Positions 8,169 to 17,772 of a stretch of 37,195 bases of DNA are shown piece by piece (position 1 is the stretch's first letter; every line of letters starts with the position of its first letter). A program made the translations under genes and the position numbers. The stretch lies in NCBI GenBank assembly GCA_046715575.1, contig JBKJYX010000012.1:1-37195 (forward strand), written 5' to 3'. Origin of the DNA: Sphingomicrobium sp. (GTDB taxonomy: Bacteria; Pseudomonadota; Alphaproteobacteria; Sphingomonadales; Sphingomonadaceae). The notes under the pieces were generated by a model. That model searched no databases, had not been told where the DNA came from, and saw only the letters and a program-made list of their open reading frames with translations.

Positions 8169-10649
8169 ATGAAGCTCGTTGTCGTTGAATCGCCTGCTAA
8201 GGCCAAGACCATCGAAAAATATCTGGGGCCGGGCCATCGGGTGCTGGCCAGCTACGGCCATGTCCGCGACCTGCCGCCCAAGGACGGCTCGGTCGACCCG
8301 GACGAGGGCTTCGCCATGCTGTGGACGCCGTCGCCGGACCGCGCCAAGCAATTGAAGGCAATCACCGACGAGGCGAAGAAGGCCGACACGCTGATCCTCG
8401 CCACCGACCCCGATCGCGAGGGCGAAGCGATCAGCTGGCACGTCCAGGAAGTGCTGCGGGCCAAGAAGGCGCTCCCGGCCAAGGTCGAGCGCGTGACTTT
8501 CAACGCCATCACCAAGTCGGCGGTAACCCACGCGATGGCCCATCCGCGCCAGCTCGATGAGGATCTGATCGACGCCTACCGCGCTCGCCGCGCGCTCGAC
8601 TATCTAGTCGGCTTCACGCTTTCGCCGATCCTGTGGCGCAAGCTGCCTGGCGCGAAATCGGCGGGGCGGGTGCAGTCGGTCGCGCTCCGCCTGATTGTCG
8701 ACCGCGAGCGCGAGATCGAGTTGTTCAAAAGCCAGGAATATTGGTCGGTCCATGCGACCTTCGAAGCCGATGGCCAGCAATTCACGGCGCGGCTGGTGCA
8801 GCTCGATGGCAAGAAGCTCGACCGGCTGTCGATCGGCAACCAGGGCGACGCCGACGCGGCCAAGGCCGTGGTCGAGGCCGGCCATTTCACCGTATCGTCG
8901 GTCGAGACCAAGCCGTTCGGGCGCAATCCGCCGCCGCCGTTCACCACGTCGACGCTGCAGCAGGAGGCGGCGCGTAAATTGGGCTTCTCGGCCAGTCACA
9001 CGATGCGTGTCGCGCAAGGCCTCTATGAGGACGGATTGATCACCTACATGCGGACCGACGGCGTCGATATGGCGCCCGAGGCGATCAGCGCCGCGCGGCG
9101 GGCGATCGCCAGCCGCTATGACGCCGGTTACGTCCCCGACAAGCCGCGCCAGTACACCAGCAAAGTCAAGAACGCCCAGGAAGCGCACGAGGCGATTCGC
9201 CCGACCGACTTCTCACAGGCCAATGCGGCCGGCGGCGACCATGCGCGGCTCTACGGGCTGGTCTACAACCGTGCGCTCGCCAGCCAGATGGCGTCGGCCC
9301 GGCTCGAGCGCACGACCATCGACCTGACCGACGGCGCCGGGCGCGCGGTGCTCCGCGCCACCGGGCAAGTCGTGCTCTTCCCCGGCTTCCTCGCGCTCTA
9401 CGAGGAGGGTCTGGACGAGAAATCGGACGACGACGACGGCGCGCGGATGCCAGCGCTGCGCAGCGGCGATGCTCCGGCCAAGACCGGGGTCGAGGCGACC
9501 CAGCACTTCACCCAGCCGCCGCCGCGCTATTCCGAAGCGAGCCTGGTCAAAAGGCTGGAGGAGCTCGGCATCGGTCGGCCCTCGACCTATGCGGCGACGC
9601 TGCAGACGCTGAAGGACCGCGAATATGTGCGGGTCGACAAGGCGCGCTTCGTTCCCGAGGAGAGCGGGCGGCTGGTCACCGCGTTCCTCGAGCGGTTTTT
9701 CGAGCGCTACGTGAGCTACGATTACACCGCCGAGCTCGAGGAGGGGCTCGACGATGTTTCCGGTGGGCGGGCCGGCTGGCAGGATCTGCTCGCCGCCTTC
9801 TGGAAGGATTTCAAGCCGCTGGCCGGCGAGGTGATGGAGCAAAAGCCGTCCGAGATCACCGCCGCGCTCGACGAGTTCCTGGCGCCCTGGCTTTACCCGG
9901 AGCGCGCCGACGGATCCGACCCGCGCTTGTGCCCGGCGTGCGGCAACGGCCGGCTGTCGCTGCGCGGCGGCAAGTTTGGGGCGTTCGTCGCCTGCTCCAA
10001 CTATCCCGAATGCCGCTACACGCAGAAATTCGGCGAGGCGGCGGCCGGTGAAGGCGCGAGCGAAGGCCCGGCCGAGCTCGGCAATGGCGTCACGCTGCGC
10101 ACCGGCCGCTTCGGCCCTTATGTCCAGCAGGGCGAGGGCAAGGATGCCAAGCGCGCGTCGTTGCCCAAGGATGTGCCGGCGGACGGGCTGACCCTCGAAT
10201 GGGCAGAGAAATTGCTGTCGCTGCCGCGCACCATCGGCGCGCATCCCGAAACCGGACACCCAATTACCGCCTCGATCGGCCGCTACGGCCCGTATCTGCT
10301 GCACGACGGCAAATATGCGCGGCTGGGCTCAACCGCGGAGGTGTTCGAGACGGGGATGAACGCCGCGGTCGCCAAGCTCGCCGACGCAGCGTCGGGAGTC
10401 GGCAAGCGCGCCGGTTCGCGCGAGCCGATCGCGATCCTTGGCCCTCATCCGACGAGCGGCAAGGAGATCAAGCTGCTCGAGGGGCGCTACGGTCCTTACG
10501 TCAGCGACGGTACTATCCACGCGACCCTGCCCAAGAGCACCCACCCGAAATCGGTGACGCTCAAGCAGGCAGTTGAATGGATCGACGCCAAGGCAGAAAA
10601 AGGCCCCGCGAAAAGGGGTTCTCGCGGGGCCCGTCGCCGAAAAAGCTAA
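8169..10649 (+). CDS. topA: DNA topoisomerase I
   Basis: TOPRIM 'VVESPAKAKTI', 'ATDPDREGEAI', catalytic 'ITYMRTD', one C4 Zn ribbon, 'GRFGPY/GRYGPY' C-terminal repeats, basic tail. Confidence 0.99.
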   Translation: MKLVVVESPAKAKTIEKYLGPGHRVLASYGHVRDLPPKDGSVDPDEGFAMLWTPSPDRAKQLKAITDEAKKADTLILATDPDREGEAISWHVQEVLRAKKALPAKVERVTFNAITKSAVTHAMAHPRQLDEDLIDAYRARRALDYLVGFTLSPILWRKLPGAKSAGRVQSVALRLIVDREREIELFKSQEYWSVHATFEADGQQFTARLVQLDGKKLDRLSIGNQGDADAAKAVVEAGHFTVSSVETKPFGRNPPPPFTTSTLQQEAARKLGFSASHTMRVAQGLYEDGLITYMRTDGVDMAPEAISAARRAIASRYDAGYVPDKPRQYTSKVKNAQEAHEAIRPTDFSQANAAGGDHARLYGLVYNRALASQMASARLERTTIDLTDGAGRAVLRATGQVVLFPGFLALYEEGLDEKSDDDDGARMPALRSGDAPAKTGVEATQHFTQPPPRYSEASLVKRLEELGIGRPSTYAATLQTLKDREYVRVDKARFVPEESGRLVTAFLERFFERYVSYDYTAELEEGLDDVSGGRAGWQDLLAAFWKDFKPLAGEVMEQKPSEITAALDEFLAPWLYPERADGSDPRLCPACGNGRLSLRGGKFGAFVACSNYPECRYTQKFGEAAAGEGASEGPAELGNGVTLRTGRFGPYVQQGEGKDAKRASLPKDVPADGLTLEWAEKLLSLPRTIGAHPETGHPITASIGRYGPYLLHDGKYARLGSTAEVFETGMNAAVAKLADAASGVGKRAGSREPIAILGPHPTSGKEIKLLEGRYGPYVSDGTIHATLPKSTHPKSVTLKQAVEWIDAKAEKGPAKRGSRGARRRKS
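10597..10631 (-). terminator. Rho-independent terminator of the convergent lipoprotein gene, inside the topA 3' coding region
   Basis: Minus strand GGCCCCGCGAGAA-CCCC-TTTTCGCGGGGCC followed by TTTTT, about 20 nt after the stop at 10653. Confidence 0.75.
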
Positions 10650-10652
10650 AGC

Positions 10653-11567
10653 TTATTCGTCGATATAGCGCCAGGGCGCTTGGGGCGTCGCCCGACGCCA
10701 TATGGTGGTGTAGGGAAATTCCGCCGGCTGCCCCACCGGCGGCGCGGCGTTTCGCTTGATCAGGCCCCAGGTAATGCCGAGATCGCCGGTCGCCGCGACG
10801 ATCACGCCGCCATCCGGAGCCCAGCGGACGCCGGGCCCGCTGCTTTGGCCTGCTACGTCGGTGCCGATCTTGTCATTGCCGACCGTGAAGCCGGGGCCGC
10901 CGCCGATGTTGGTCGCGTCGGGCCGGCCATGCTTGACGAAGGCGGGCCCGATCCCGATCACCTGCGCATCGTCGGAAAAGGTGCGCTCGGCCTTGTCGAG
11001 GCTGGCGCGAAATGTTGCGAGCCTTGCCGCGTCGGCGGCCGGCGTCAGCGGGGTTTTGGGCAAGGACGCCGGCATCTGGTCTAACGAGACCTCGCCGTCG
11101 GGTCGCCCGCTGCGCTTATGGACCGCCACCCGCCAGCCTTCGGCCTTACGGACCCAGTAGGACAAATATTTTGCCTTGCGCTCGGGCTTGCCGTTGGTGG
11201 TGATGGTCATGAAGCCAAGCGTGAAACCATGGCGGCCGTCGGCGGAAATGCCGCCGCGGACCGGCGTCCAGCTTGCCTTGGCGCCGACGTTCGCCGGGTT
11301 TGATTTGAGCGCGGTGACGATGCCGTCCTTGCCGCGCGCAAATCCGCCCGGGACCGTCATCACCGTGTCCGAGTCGAACATGGCGGCGATCCCGTCGGCA
11401 AGGTCGACACCCGCGCTGGCCTGCGCATAAGTCCGGTCGGCTGCGAGCAGTTCATCGACGACGGTTTGCGGATTTTCGAGTTGCGCGGTCGACGCCGCGG
11501 CCGGATTCACAGCGCAGGATGCGAGCGCCGGTGCTGCAACCGCGATCAGGAGCGCCGCCAATCTCAT
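10653..11567 (-). CDS. Predicted lipoprotein with two NTF2/SnoaL-like (DUF4440-like) domains
   Basis: Signal and lipobox 'MRLAALLIAVAAPALAS-C'; two similar halves ('WTP..GGISADG..GFT.G...YLSYW.R...GWR' and 'WAP...IVAATGDLGITWG...YTTIWRR....WR'). Confidence 0.7.
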   Translation of the reverse strand: MRLAALLIAVAAPALASCAVNPAAASTAQLENPQTVVDELLAADRTYAQASAGVDLADGIAAMFDSDTVMTVPGGFARGKDGIVTALKSNPANVGAKASWTPVRGGISADGRHGFTLGFMTITTNGKPERKAKYLSYWVRKAEGWRVAVHKRSGRPDGEVSLDQMPASLPKTPLTPAADAARLATFRASLDKAERTFSDDAQVIGIGPAFVKHGRPDATNIGGGPGFTVGNDKIGTDVAGQSSGPGVRWAPDGGVIVAATGDLGITWGLIKRNAAPPVGQPAEFPYTTIWRRATPQAPWRYIDE

Positions 11568-11699
11568 GGACAACCCCAAGCCCAATATTCGAGCCCTTGA
11601 ATCTATCGAAGCCAAGCGCCGGAACCATACGTGCTACGACGCCGCAGCCCGATTTTGGTGTCAGGATGAAAGCTTATCCGCCGCAGTTCGGCGACGAAG

Positions 11700-12173
11700 C
11701 TAAGGCGTCGGCAGAGCGGACGCGTCGGCGAAGAAGTAGCGCTTGTCCAACTCCGTCGACAGGATCACTGCGGTCTTGGTATCGCCGTAGTGGGTAAAAT
11801 CCGCCAACAGCCGCGTCAGCGCGGCATTGTCGGCCACCCGCACGATCAGCACCAACAAACTCGGCCCGGTAACCCGGTAGCAGCATTGCACTGCCGGATG
11901 GTTGTTGATGGCGGTAACCGCTCGCTCGTCATCGTTGCTGCGCGGCTGGAACTCGATGATCGCCGAGATCGGCAGGCCGACGCGGGCGGGATCGATATCG
12001 ACCGTGAAGCTCTTGATCACGCCGATATCGCGTAGCCGTGCAATTCGCTCGGCGACCGTCGGCGCGGACAGGCTGGTCAGGCGCGCAATCTCCGAATTGG
12101 CACGGCGTCCATCGAGCTCCAGGAGAGCCAAAATCTCGCGGTCCTTGGTATCGAGGTCATGCAGTCGCCGCAT
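11700..12173 (-). CDS. Lrp/AsnC family transcriptional regulator
   Basis: 'LDTKDREILALLELDGR...EIARLTSLSAPTVAERIARL' HTH and RAM domain 'CYRVTG'. Confidence 0.93.
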   Translation of the reverse strand: MRRLHDLDTKDREILALLELDGRRANSEIARLTSLSAPTVAERIARLRDIGVIKSFTVDIDPARVGLPISAIIEFQPRSNDDERAVTAINNHPAVQCCYRVTGPSLLVLIVRVADNAALTRLLADFTHYGDTKTAVILSTELDKRYFFADASALPTP

Positions 12174-12930
12174 CTCGCCCCCCACACGTTCTGCACTTGC
12201 CGTCTTTGGGCAAGGCGATTGAACGCCAGTTTAATGCGACCGCGTCCAGCACAAAGAGTTTGCCCGCGGCGTCTTCGCCGATCTTCAGGAGCGACCGCAA
12301 GGCGATCAGCGCGGCGAAATGTCCGACCGCGCCGGTCAGCGCCCCGAGCACCCCCAGCTCCGCGCAGGTATCGCAATCGTCGCTGTCGAACGCATCGCCG
12401 ACGAAGCAGCGATAACAGGGCTGTTTCGCCTCCCACCCGCGCAACAACGCAATTTGCCCCTGGAACTGGGCGGCTGCCGCCGAAAGCAGGGGAATCTCCT
12501 GCTCGACGCAGGCCTGGTTGACCGTCAGCCGGGTCGCAAAATTATCACTTCCGTCGAGCACCATGTCGTGACCTGCAAGCAGGTCTTGGGCATTGTCATC
12601 GGTAATTCGACGATCGACCGCAATCACTTCGACGTGTGAATTGAGAGCCCTCGAAAAACGCGCCGCGGTCTCGGCCTTGGCCTCGCCGACCTGGTCCTCG
12701 CGGTAGATCAGCTGGCGGTGCAGGTTGGACAGCTCGATCACATCGTCGTCGATGATCGTCAGCCGGCCAATGCCCGCGGCGGCAAGGGCCGGGAGCGCGG
12801 CACTGCCGATGGCCCCGGCGCCGACCAGGGCGACGCTTGCCGACTTCAATCTCCTCTGTCCGGGGCCGCCGATCTGCGGCAGAACGATGTGCCGGGCGTA
12901 GCGTTCGAGCTCGGCGTCGCCGAGGCTCAT
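12157..12930 (-). CDS. moeB: HesA/MoeB/ThiF family adenylyltransferase
   Basis: 'ERYARHIVL', 'GAGAIG', 'SNLHRQ', 'DGSDNFATR', 'PCYRC' and a C-terminal CxxC. Confidence 0.88.
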   Translation of the reverse strand: MSLGDAELERYARHIVLPQIGGPGQRRLKSASVALVGAGAIGSAALPALAAAGIGRLTIIDDDVIELSNLHRQLIYREDQVGEAKAETAARFSRALNSHVEVIAVDRRITDDNAQDLLAGHDMVLDGSDNFATRLTVNQACVEQEIPLLSAAAAQFQGQIALLRGWEAKQPCYRCFVGDAFDSDDCDTCAELGVLGALTGAVGHFAALIALRSLLKIGEDAAGKLFVLDAVALNWRSIALPKDGKCRTCGGRDAATA

Positions 12931-13364
12931 CTGCCGGTGGAGCCGAAGCCGCCGCTCCCGCGGGCGGTCTCGGCGAGGCTCGTCTCTTCCGAGAATTGGG
13001 CGCGGAGCACCGGCGCCGGCACCAGCTGGGCGATCCGCTCGCCGCGGGCGACGGGGAACGGCTCGGAGCCCAGATTGATCAGGATGACTTTCACTTCGCC
13101 TCGATAGTCGCTGTCGATCGTGCCGGGGGTGTTGAGGCAGGTGATGCCGTGGCGGATCGCCAGGCCCGAGCGCGGCCGGACCTGGACCTCGTAGCCGGGT
13201 GGAATCTCGATCGCGAACCCGGTCGCGAAGGCGTGCCGAGCGCCGGGCTCGAGCGTCAGCTCCTCGGCCGAAGCGATGTCCAAACCGGCCGCGTCCTCGG
13301 TCGCATATTTGGGCAGCGGTAGGCCATCACCGTGGGGCAGGCGGATAAGCTTGATCTCGATCAT
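12927..13364 (-). CDS. dut: dUTP diphosphatase
   Basis: 'AAGLD', 'RPRSGLA', '[10 protein letters not shown]', 'RIAQLV', '[10 protein letters not shown]'. ATG 13364 overlaps the upstream stop. Confidence 0.98.
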   Translation of the reverse strand: MIEIKLIRLPHGDGLPLPKYATEDAAGLDIASAEELTLEPGARHAFATGFAIEIPPGYEVQVRPRSGLAIRHGITCLNTPGTIDSDYRGEVKVILINLGSEPFPVARGERIAQLVPAPVLRAQFSEETSLAETARGSGGFGSTGR

Positions 13365-13996
13365 CCGATTTCCCTTGCGATCCGCTCGACCAAATGCCGC
13401 GCGACCTCGTCCTTGGCGGCTTCCGGCCAATCCTCAACGCCCTGCGCGGTGACCAGGTGAACCCGGTTGTGGGTGCTCCCCATGACGTCTCCGGACACGT
13501 CGTTGGCGACGATCCAGTCGGCGCGTTTCGCGGCGCGTTTGGCGACGGCGTTGGCAATCACGTCGTCGGTCTCGGCGGCAAAACCGATCAGCAGGCGCGG
13601 GCGATTGGTACTGGCGCCCAGCTCGGCGAGGATATCGCGGGTCGGCGTGAAATTCAGGCTCAGCCGGCCTTGGGTCTTCTTGAGCTTCTGAGCGGACGGT
13701 TCGACCCGCCAGTCGGCGACCGCGGCGACCATGACGGCGGCATCGCAGGGCAGGGCGCCCATCACCGCGTCGGCCATCTGCTCGGCGGTCTCGACGTCGA
13801 TGCGCGACACTCCGCCGGGCGTCGCCAGCGTCACCGGCCCCGCAACCAGAGTCACTCGCGCGCCGGCTTCGGCGGCCGCGGCGGCAATCGCGAAACCCTG
13901 CCGCCCCGATGAGCGGTTGGCGATCACCCGGACCGGGTCGATCGGCTCGTGCGTCGGGCCGGCGGTGACGATGATGTGCTTGCCGTGGATGGTCAC
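13361..13996 (-). CDS. coaB: Phosphopantothenate-cysteine ligase (CoaB half of coaBC)
   Basis: '[25 protein letters not shown]', 'AAVADW', 'GFAAET', 'IVANDV'. GTG 13996 overlaps the TGA of the CoaC half. Confidence 0.9.
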   Translation of the reverse strand: MTIHGKHIIVTAGPTHEPIDPVRVIANRSSGRQGFAIAAAAAEAGARVTLVAGPVTLATPGGVSRIDVETAEQMADAVMGALPCDAAVMVAAVADWRVEPSAQKLKKTQGRLSLNFTPTRDILAELGASTNRPRLLIGFAAETDDVIANAVAKRAAKRADWIVANDVSGDVMGSTHNRVHLVTAQGVEDWPEAAKDEVARHLVERIAREIG

Positions 13997-14535
13997 TTTT
14001 CGGTCAGATACTCGGCGCCGAGCCACTCTATGATCGCGGCCGGCTCGGGCAGCCGACCCGGACCGAATTCGCCGCACGCCATCTCGCCTTCGTCGGGATC
14101 GATGACGTGCACGCCATCGGCCTTCAATTGCGCGACATTGCGCTGGGTCGCGGGGTGCTGCCACATGCGCACGTTCATCGCCGGGGCGACGATCACCGGC
14201 TTGTCGGTGGCGAGCAGCAGCGTCGAGGCGAGGTCGTCGGCGACGCCGTGCGCCATCTTTGCCAGCAGGTCCGCGGTCGCCGGGCAGACGAGCAGGAAAT
14301 CGGCCGCGCGGCTCAATTCGATATGGCCCATCTCGACCTCGTCCTTGAGGTCCCACAGGTTGGTATGGACCGGGCTCTGGGCGAGCGCGCCCAGGGTCAT
14401 CGGCGTAACAAAATGCTCGCCGCCTTTGGTCAGAACTGGCGTCACCTGGTGGCCCGCTTTCTTGAGCAACCGCACCAGCTCGCAGCTCTTGTAAGCCGCG
14501 ATCCCGCCTCCGACGATTAACAAGACGCGTTTCAT
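13993..14535 (-). CDS. coaC: Phosphopantothenoylcysteine decarboxylase (CoaC half of coaBC)
   Basis: 'GGGIAAYK', 'HIELSR', 'PATAD', 'PAMNVRMW', '[14 protein letters not shown]'; stops at the usual CoaC-CoaB linker. Confidence 0.9.
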   Translation of the reverse strand: MKRVLLIVGGGIAAYKSCELVRLLKKAGHQVTPVLTKGGEHFVTPMTLGALAQSPVHTNLWDLKDEVEMGHIELSRAADFLLVCPATADLLAKMAHGVADDLASTLLLATDKPVIVAPAMNVRMWQHPATQRNVAQLKADGVHVIDPDEGEMACGEFGPGRLPEPAAIIEWLGAEYLTEK

Positions 14536-14541
14536 GGCCAC

Positions 14542-14570
14542 GGCCTAGCGCGCGGGGGCCGTTTCCGCCA
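14542..14570 (-). promoter_or_regulatory. Putative internal leaderless promoter for coaC-coaB-dut-moeB
   Basis: TGGCGG-N17-TAGGCC then 6 nt to ATG 14535; the TAG of the -10 is also the stop codon of the upstream gene. Confidence 0.55.
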
Positions 14571-16218
14571 CCTCATCCTCGATGATCGCCGGCGGGACGA
14601 TCCCGGAATCGAGGATCGCGGCAAAGGCGTCGCGGAACACGAACGGCCTCTTTTGCTGCCCGGCGCGGTGCGCGGCCTGGGCGAGGAGCCGGTCGAGCTG
14701 GAGCTTGCCGATGATGTAGCTGGGTCCGTAACCGGGCTGGCGCAGGTACAGCAATTGCTCGAACCCGACGAGGCGGCTGCTGGCGTCGGACCAGCCGCGC
14801 GGTGTCCACGCGGCGTGGTACTTGCCGGCCTCGTCGAGCCCGATCTCGTTCGACTGGACGCGCAGCGAGGCGAGCCCGCGCGCGGCGCGGTTGGCAAGCA
14901 TCACCCAGACCAGCTCGCGGCCGTGCGGCACGTCGTCGTAAAGACCGGCGTGCATGGCGACTTCCTCTATCGCCGTAGCCCAGCCTTCGGAGCGGTCCTC
15001 GAACATGTTGAACAACGGCGTCTGCTGACGGATCGGGCTCGGGTGCGGCTCGTGCTTCAGCTGCGCAAGCTCGATCCAATGGTAAAAATGGCTGATCAAA
15101 GGCAGCGGGTCGAGCGCGGTGATGTGGGAAAAGAAATTGCGGTCGGCCGGCGCCACATAGCCGGGCGTCTGTGCGGCCAGCGCCGAGCGATAATAGGGCT
15201 TGTCGGCGATGAACCCGGCATCGACTAGCAGCCGGTAGTGCTTGTCGGTGCGCGCTTCGGAGAAGCCAGCGTAGGCAGTCTTGCTGGTCTCGGCGATCGG
15301 GGGCAGGCCGCGGTTGCGTACCTCCTCGAGCCGCAACGACGCGAGCGAGCGGTCGAGTTCGCGCTGCAGCAAAGTCGCTTGCTGGTCGAAATCGTAAGGG
15401 CTCAGCAGGACGTTCTTGAGGTACCAATTGTAATGGTCCTTGCCGAGACCCGACGGACCCTTGCGGCGCGGCGCTTCGGCCTTGATCCAGCGCGCATATT
15501 CCTCGGTCGCGAGGCGGGCATTCCGAACCGCGGCGCGAAGCTCGGGCGAGGCGCCTTGGAGGCTCGCGGGGCGACGTCCGCCGAGGTCTCGCACGCTGAG
15601 CGTGCCCGCCTCGAGCTGCGCCAATGCCTCGGCCTGCTCGATCAGCGAGCGGTCGCCATAGGCCCATAAATCATGCGCCCGGCTCGGCGCGAGGTTGACC
15701 CGGGCATCGGCCAGCAGTCCCGGGACCGCGCCAAGCAGCTCGGCTAGTTTGGCGTCGTCGGCGCGCGACAGCGGGTAAGCGAATTCGTAAAGGTCGATAT
15801 TGGGCTCGGCGAACGTCCCCTCGTGCGCGGGGACGTCGCTCAGGTCGGCGAACACGGTCTGGTAAAAGCCTGGATCGCGCGCCCATGGCGTCAGCACGCG
15901 CAGGAAGAAATCGAGCCCGTTCATCTCGGCTTCGACCAGGCGATGGTCGCCACGTTGCGACGCACTCCAGCCGGTCGTGCCGATGGCTCCCAGGCGCTTT
16001 CGAAAATCGGGCAGGCGCGCGGCCTTGGCGGTCATTGCCCGCGCCGAATAAACGGGCTTGCCGCGGACGATTTGCGGATGGTTGAACGCCCGCCAGTCGG
16101 CGAACAATCGCACGAGCTGCGCATGGCCAGTGGCGGCAGGCGCGGCTGCAGCATTTGCGGGCGCGGCCATCATGACAATCGGCGCCAGGATTGCCAGTCC
16201 AACGAAAAAACGAAGCAT
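14545..16218 (-). CDS. Secreted DUF885-like protein
   Basis: Signal peptide (Ala-rich, 'ANA'); C-terminal 'EGWA', 'QPGYGPSYIIGKL', 'ILDSGIVP' resemble DUF885. SD-like GGAAAGG upstream. Confidence 0.7.
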   Translation of the reverse strand: MLRFFVGLAILAPIVMMAAPANAAAAPAATGHAQLVRLFADWRAFNHPQIVRGKPVYSARAMTAKAARLPDFRKRLGAIGTTGWSASQRGDHRLVEAEMNGLDFFLRVLTPWARDPGFYQTVFADLSDVPAHEGTFAEPNIDLYEFAYPLSRADDAKLAELLGAVPGLLADARVNLAPSRAHDLWAYGDRSLIEQAEALAQLEAGTLSVRDLGGRRPASLQGASPELRAAVRNARLATEEYARWIKAEAPRRKGPSGLGKDHYNWYLKNVLLSPYDFDQQATLLQRELDRSLASLRLEEVRNRGLPPIAETSKTAYAGFSEARTDKHYRLLVDAGFIADKPYYRSALAAQTPGYVAPADRNFFSHITALDPLPLISHFYHWIELAQLKHEPHPSPIRQQTPLFNMFEDRSEGWATAIEEVAMHAGLYDDVPHGRELVWVMLANRAARGLASLRVQSNEIGLDEAGKYHAAWTPRGWSDASSRLVGFEQLLYLRQPGYGPSYIIGKLQLDRLLAQAAHRAGQQKRPFVFRDAFAAILDSGIVPPAIIEDEVAETAPAR

Positions 16219-16239
16219 CTCAACACCTTTCCCATAGTA

Positions 16240-17772
16240 TCAAACAACGATCATCAGCGCTGCGGCAATGGCGGCCCCGACCGCGCCCGCTAGTGCATAG
16301 CCCAACCAGTGCCGCCGCTCGATCACGGCGATGGTGGGCAGCGGCGGGGCCGGTGGGGCGGCGCCACGCGGCGGGTAATATTCGTCCATCCGCTTGATCA
16401 GCTGCGGGATCAGCTTCAGTGCCCGCACCGCATCGATGATGCGATCGGCAAAATAGGCTTCGGGGCCGAGCTCGGAGCGCAACCAATCCTTGAGGAACGG
16501 CTCGGCGGTCTCCCACATGTTGATGTCGGGATCGAGGTTGGTGGCGACGCCTTCTTCCATCACCATGGTTTTCTGCAGCAGCAGCAAATGTGGCTGGGTC
16601 GGCATGTCGAAGTCGCGGGTGATCGAGAACAGGCTTTCGAGCATCCGCCCGACCGAGATGTCCTTGACCGGAAGGCCGCGGATCGGCTCGCCGGCGGCGC
16701 GGAGCGCGGTCGCGAACTCCTCGATACTGTGATGCGCCGGCACATATTGCGCCTCGAAATGGATTTCGGCGACGCGCCGGTAATTACCAGTGATGAGGCC
16801 GTAGAGGATCTCCGCCAGCCACATCCGCGCCCGCCGGTCGATCCGCCCCATGATCCCGAAATCGATCACCGCGATTCGACCGTCGGCGAGTGCGAACAGA
16901 TTGCCCTGGTGGAGGTCGGCGTGGAAGAAACCGTCGACCACCGCCTGGCGCAGGAACGCGCGGACGAGGATCGCGGCGAGCGACTTGCAGTCGTGGCCGG
17001 CGGCGACCAGCGCGTCGCGGTCGTTCAGTTTGACCCCGTCGAGCCATTCGAGCGTCAGCACCCGCCGCGCGGTGCGCCGCCAGTCGATTTCGGGCACGAA
17101 GAATTCCGGCTCGGCGACCATGTTCTCGCGCAGCTCCGACGCCGACGCGCCCTCGCGCTGCAGGTCGAGCTCGCGGGCCGTCCATTGCTTGAAATGGGCC
17201 ACCACAAGCCGCGGCCGCAGCCGCTCGAGCTCGCTGCCGCCGCTGCTCTCAATGTGCGCGGCCGCCCATTCATAGGTCTCGATCGCGTCGGCGAACTCCT
17301 CCTCGATCCCCGGCCGGAGCACCTTGACCGCGACGTCGCGCCCGTCGGTGGTCACCGCGCGGTGGACCTGGGCGATCGACGCCGCGCCGATCGGCACCGG
17401 ATCGAAGCTTGCGTATAATTGGTCGAGCGGGGTTCCGAACGCGGTTTCGATCGCCGCCTTGATCGCCGGGAAGGGCGATGGCGGCAGGTCGTCCTGGAGC
17501 CGCGACAGATTCTCCGCTGCGCGATCGCCCACCAAGTCGGGGCGGGTGGACAAAGCCTGGCCAAGCTTGATCGCGGCCGGGCCAATCTCCTGCAGCGCTT
17601 TGGCGTAATCCGGCGTGGCTGGCGGGCTTGTTCCGATGCTCGCGATCTTCACCAGCCGGCGGACTTGCGGCGGGGTTAGGGGATCGGCCTCGATGCCCTT
17701 CAAGGCACCGTGACGGGCGAGCGTCCTTCCCCATTTGAGGAGGCGCCACAGATGGGTAACCGAAGCGGTCAA
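16240..17772 (-). CDS. ubiB: Ubiquinone biosynthesis kinase-like protein UbiB
   Basis: 'GPAAIKLGQALSTRPD', 'AASIAQVH', 'VAVKVLRPG', 'FFHADLHQGN', 'DFGIMG'; follows ubiE. Confidence 0.97.
   Translation of the reverse strand: MTASVTHLWRLLKWGRTLARHGALKGIEADPLTPPQVRRLVKIASIGTSPPATPDYAKALQEIGPAAIKLGQALSTRPDLVGDRAAENLSRLQDDLPPSPFPAIKAAIETAFGTPLDQLYASFDPVPIGAASIAQVHRAVTTDGRDVAVKVLRPGIEEEFADAIETYEWAAAHIESSGGSELERLRPRLVVAHFKQWTARELDLQREGASASELRENMVAEPEFFVPEIDWRRTARRVLTLEWLDGVKLNDRDALVAAGHDCKSLAAILVRAFLRQAVVDGFFHADLHQGNLFALADGRIAVIDFGIMGRIDRRARMWLAEILYGLITGNYRRVAEIHFEAQYVPAHHSIEEFATALRAAGEPIRGLPVKDISVGRMLESLFSITRDFDMPTQPHLLLLQKTMVMEEGVATNLDPDINMWETAEPFLKDWLRSELGPEAYFADRIIDAVRALKLIPQLIKRMDEYYPPRGAAPPAPPLPTIAVIERRHWLGYALAGAVGAAIAAALMIVV

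Noticed and set aside
16216-16243. Possible mini-ORF (TTG ATA CTA TGG GAA AGG TGT TGA) between ubiB and the DUF885-like gene
   Set aside because: No repeat structure, weak TTG start, and the downstream gene has its own SD; likely chance.
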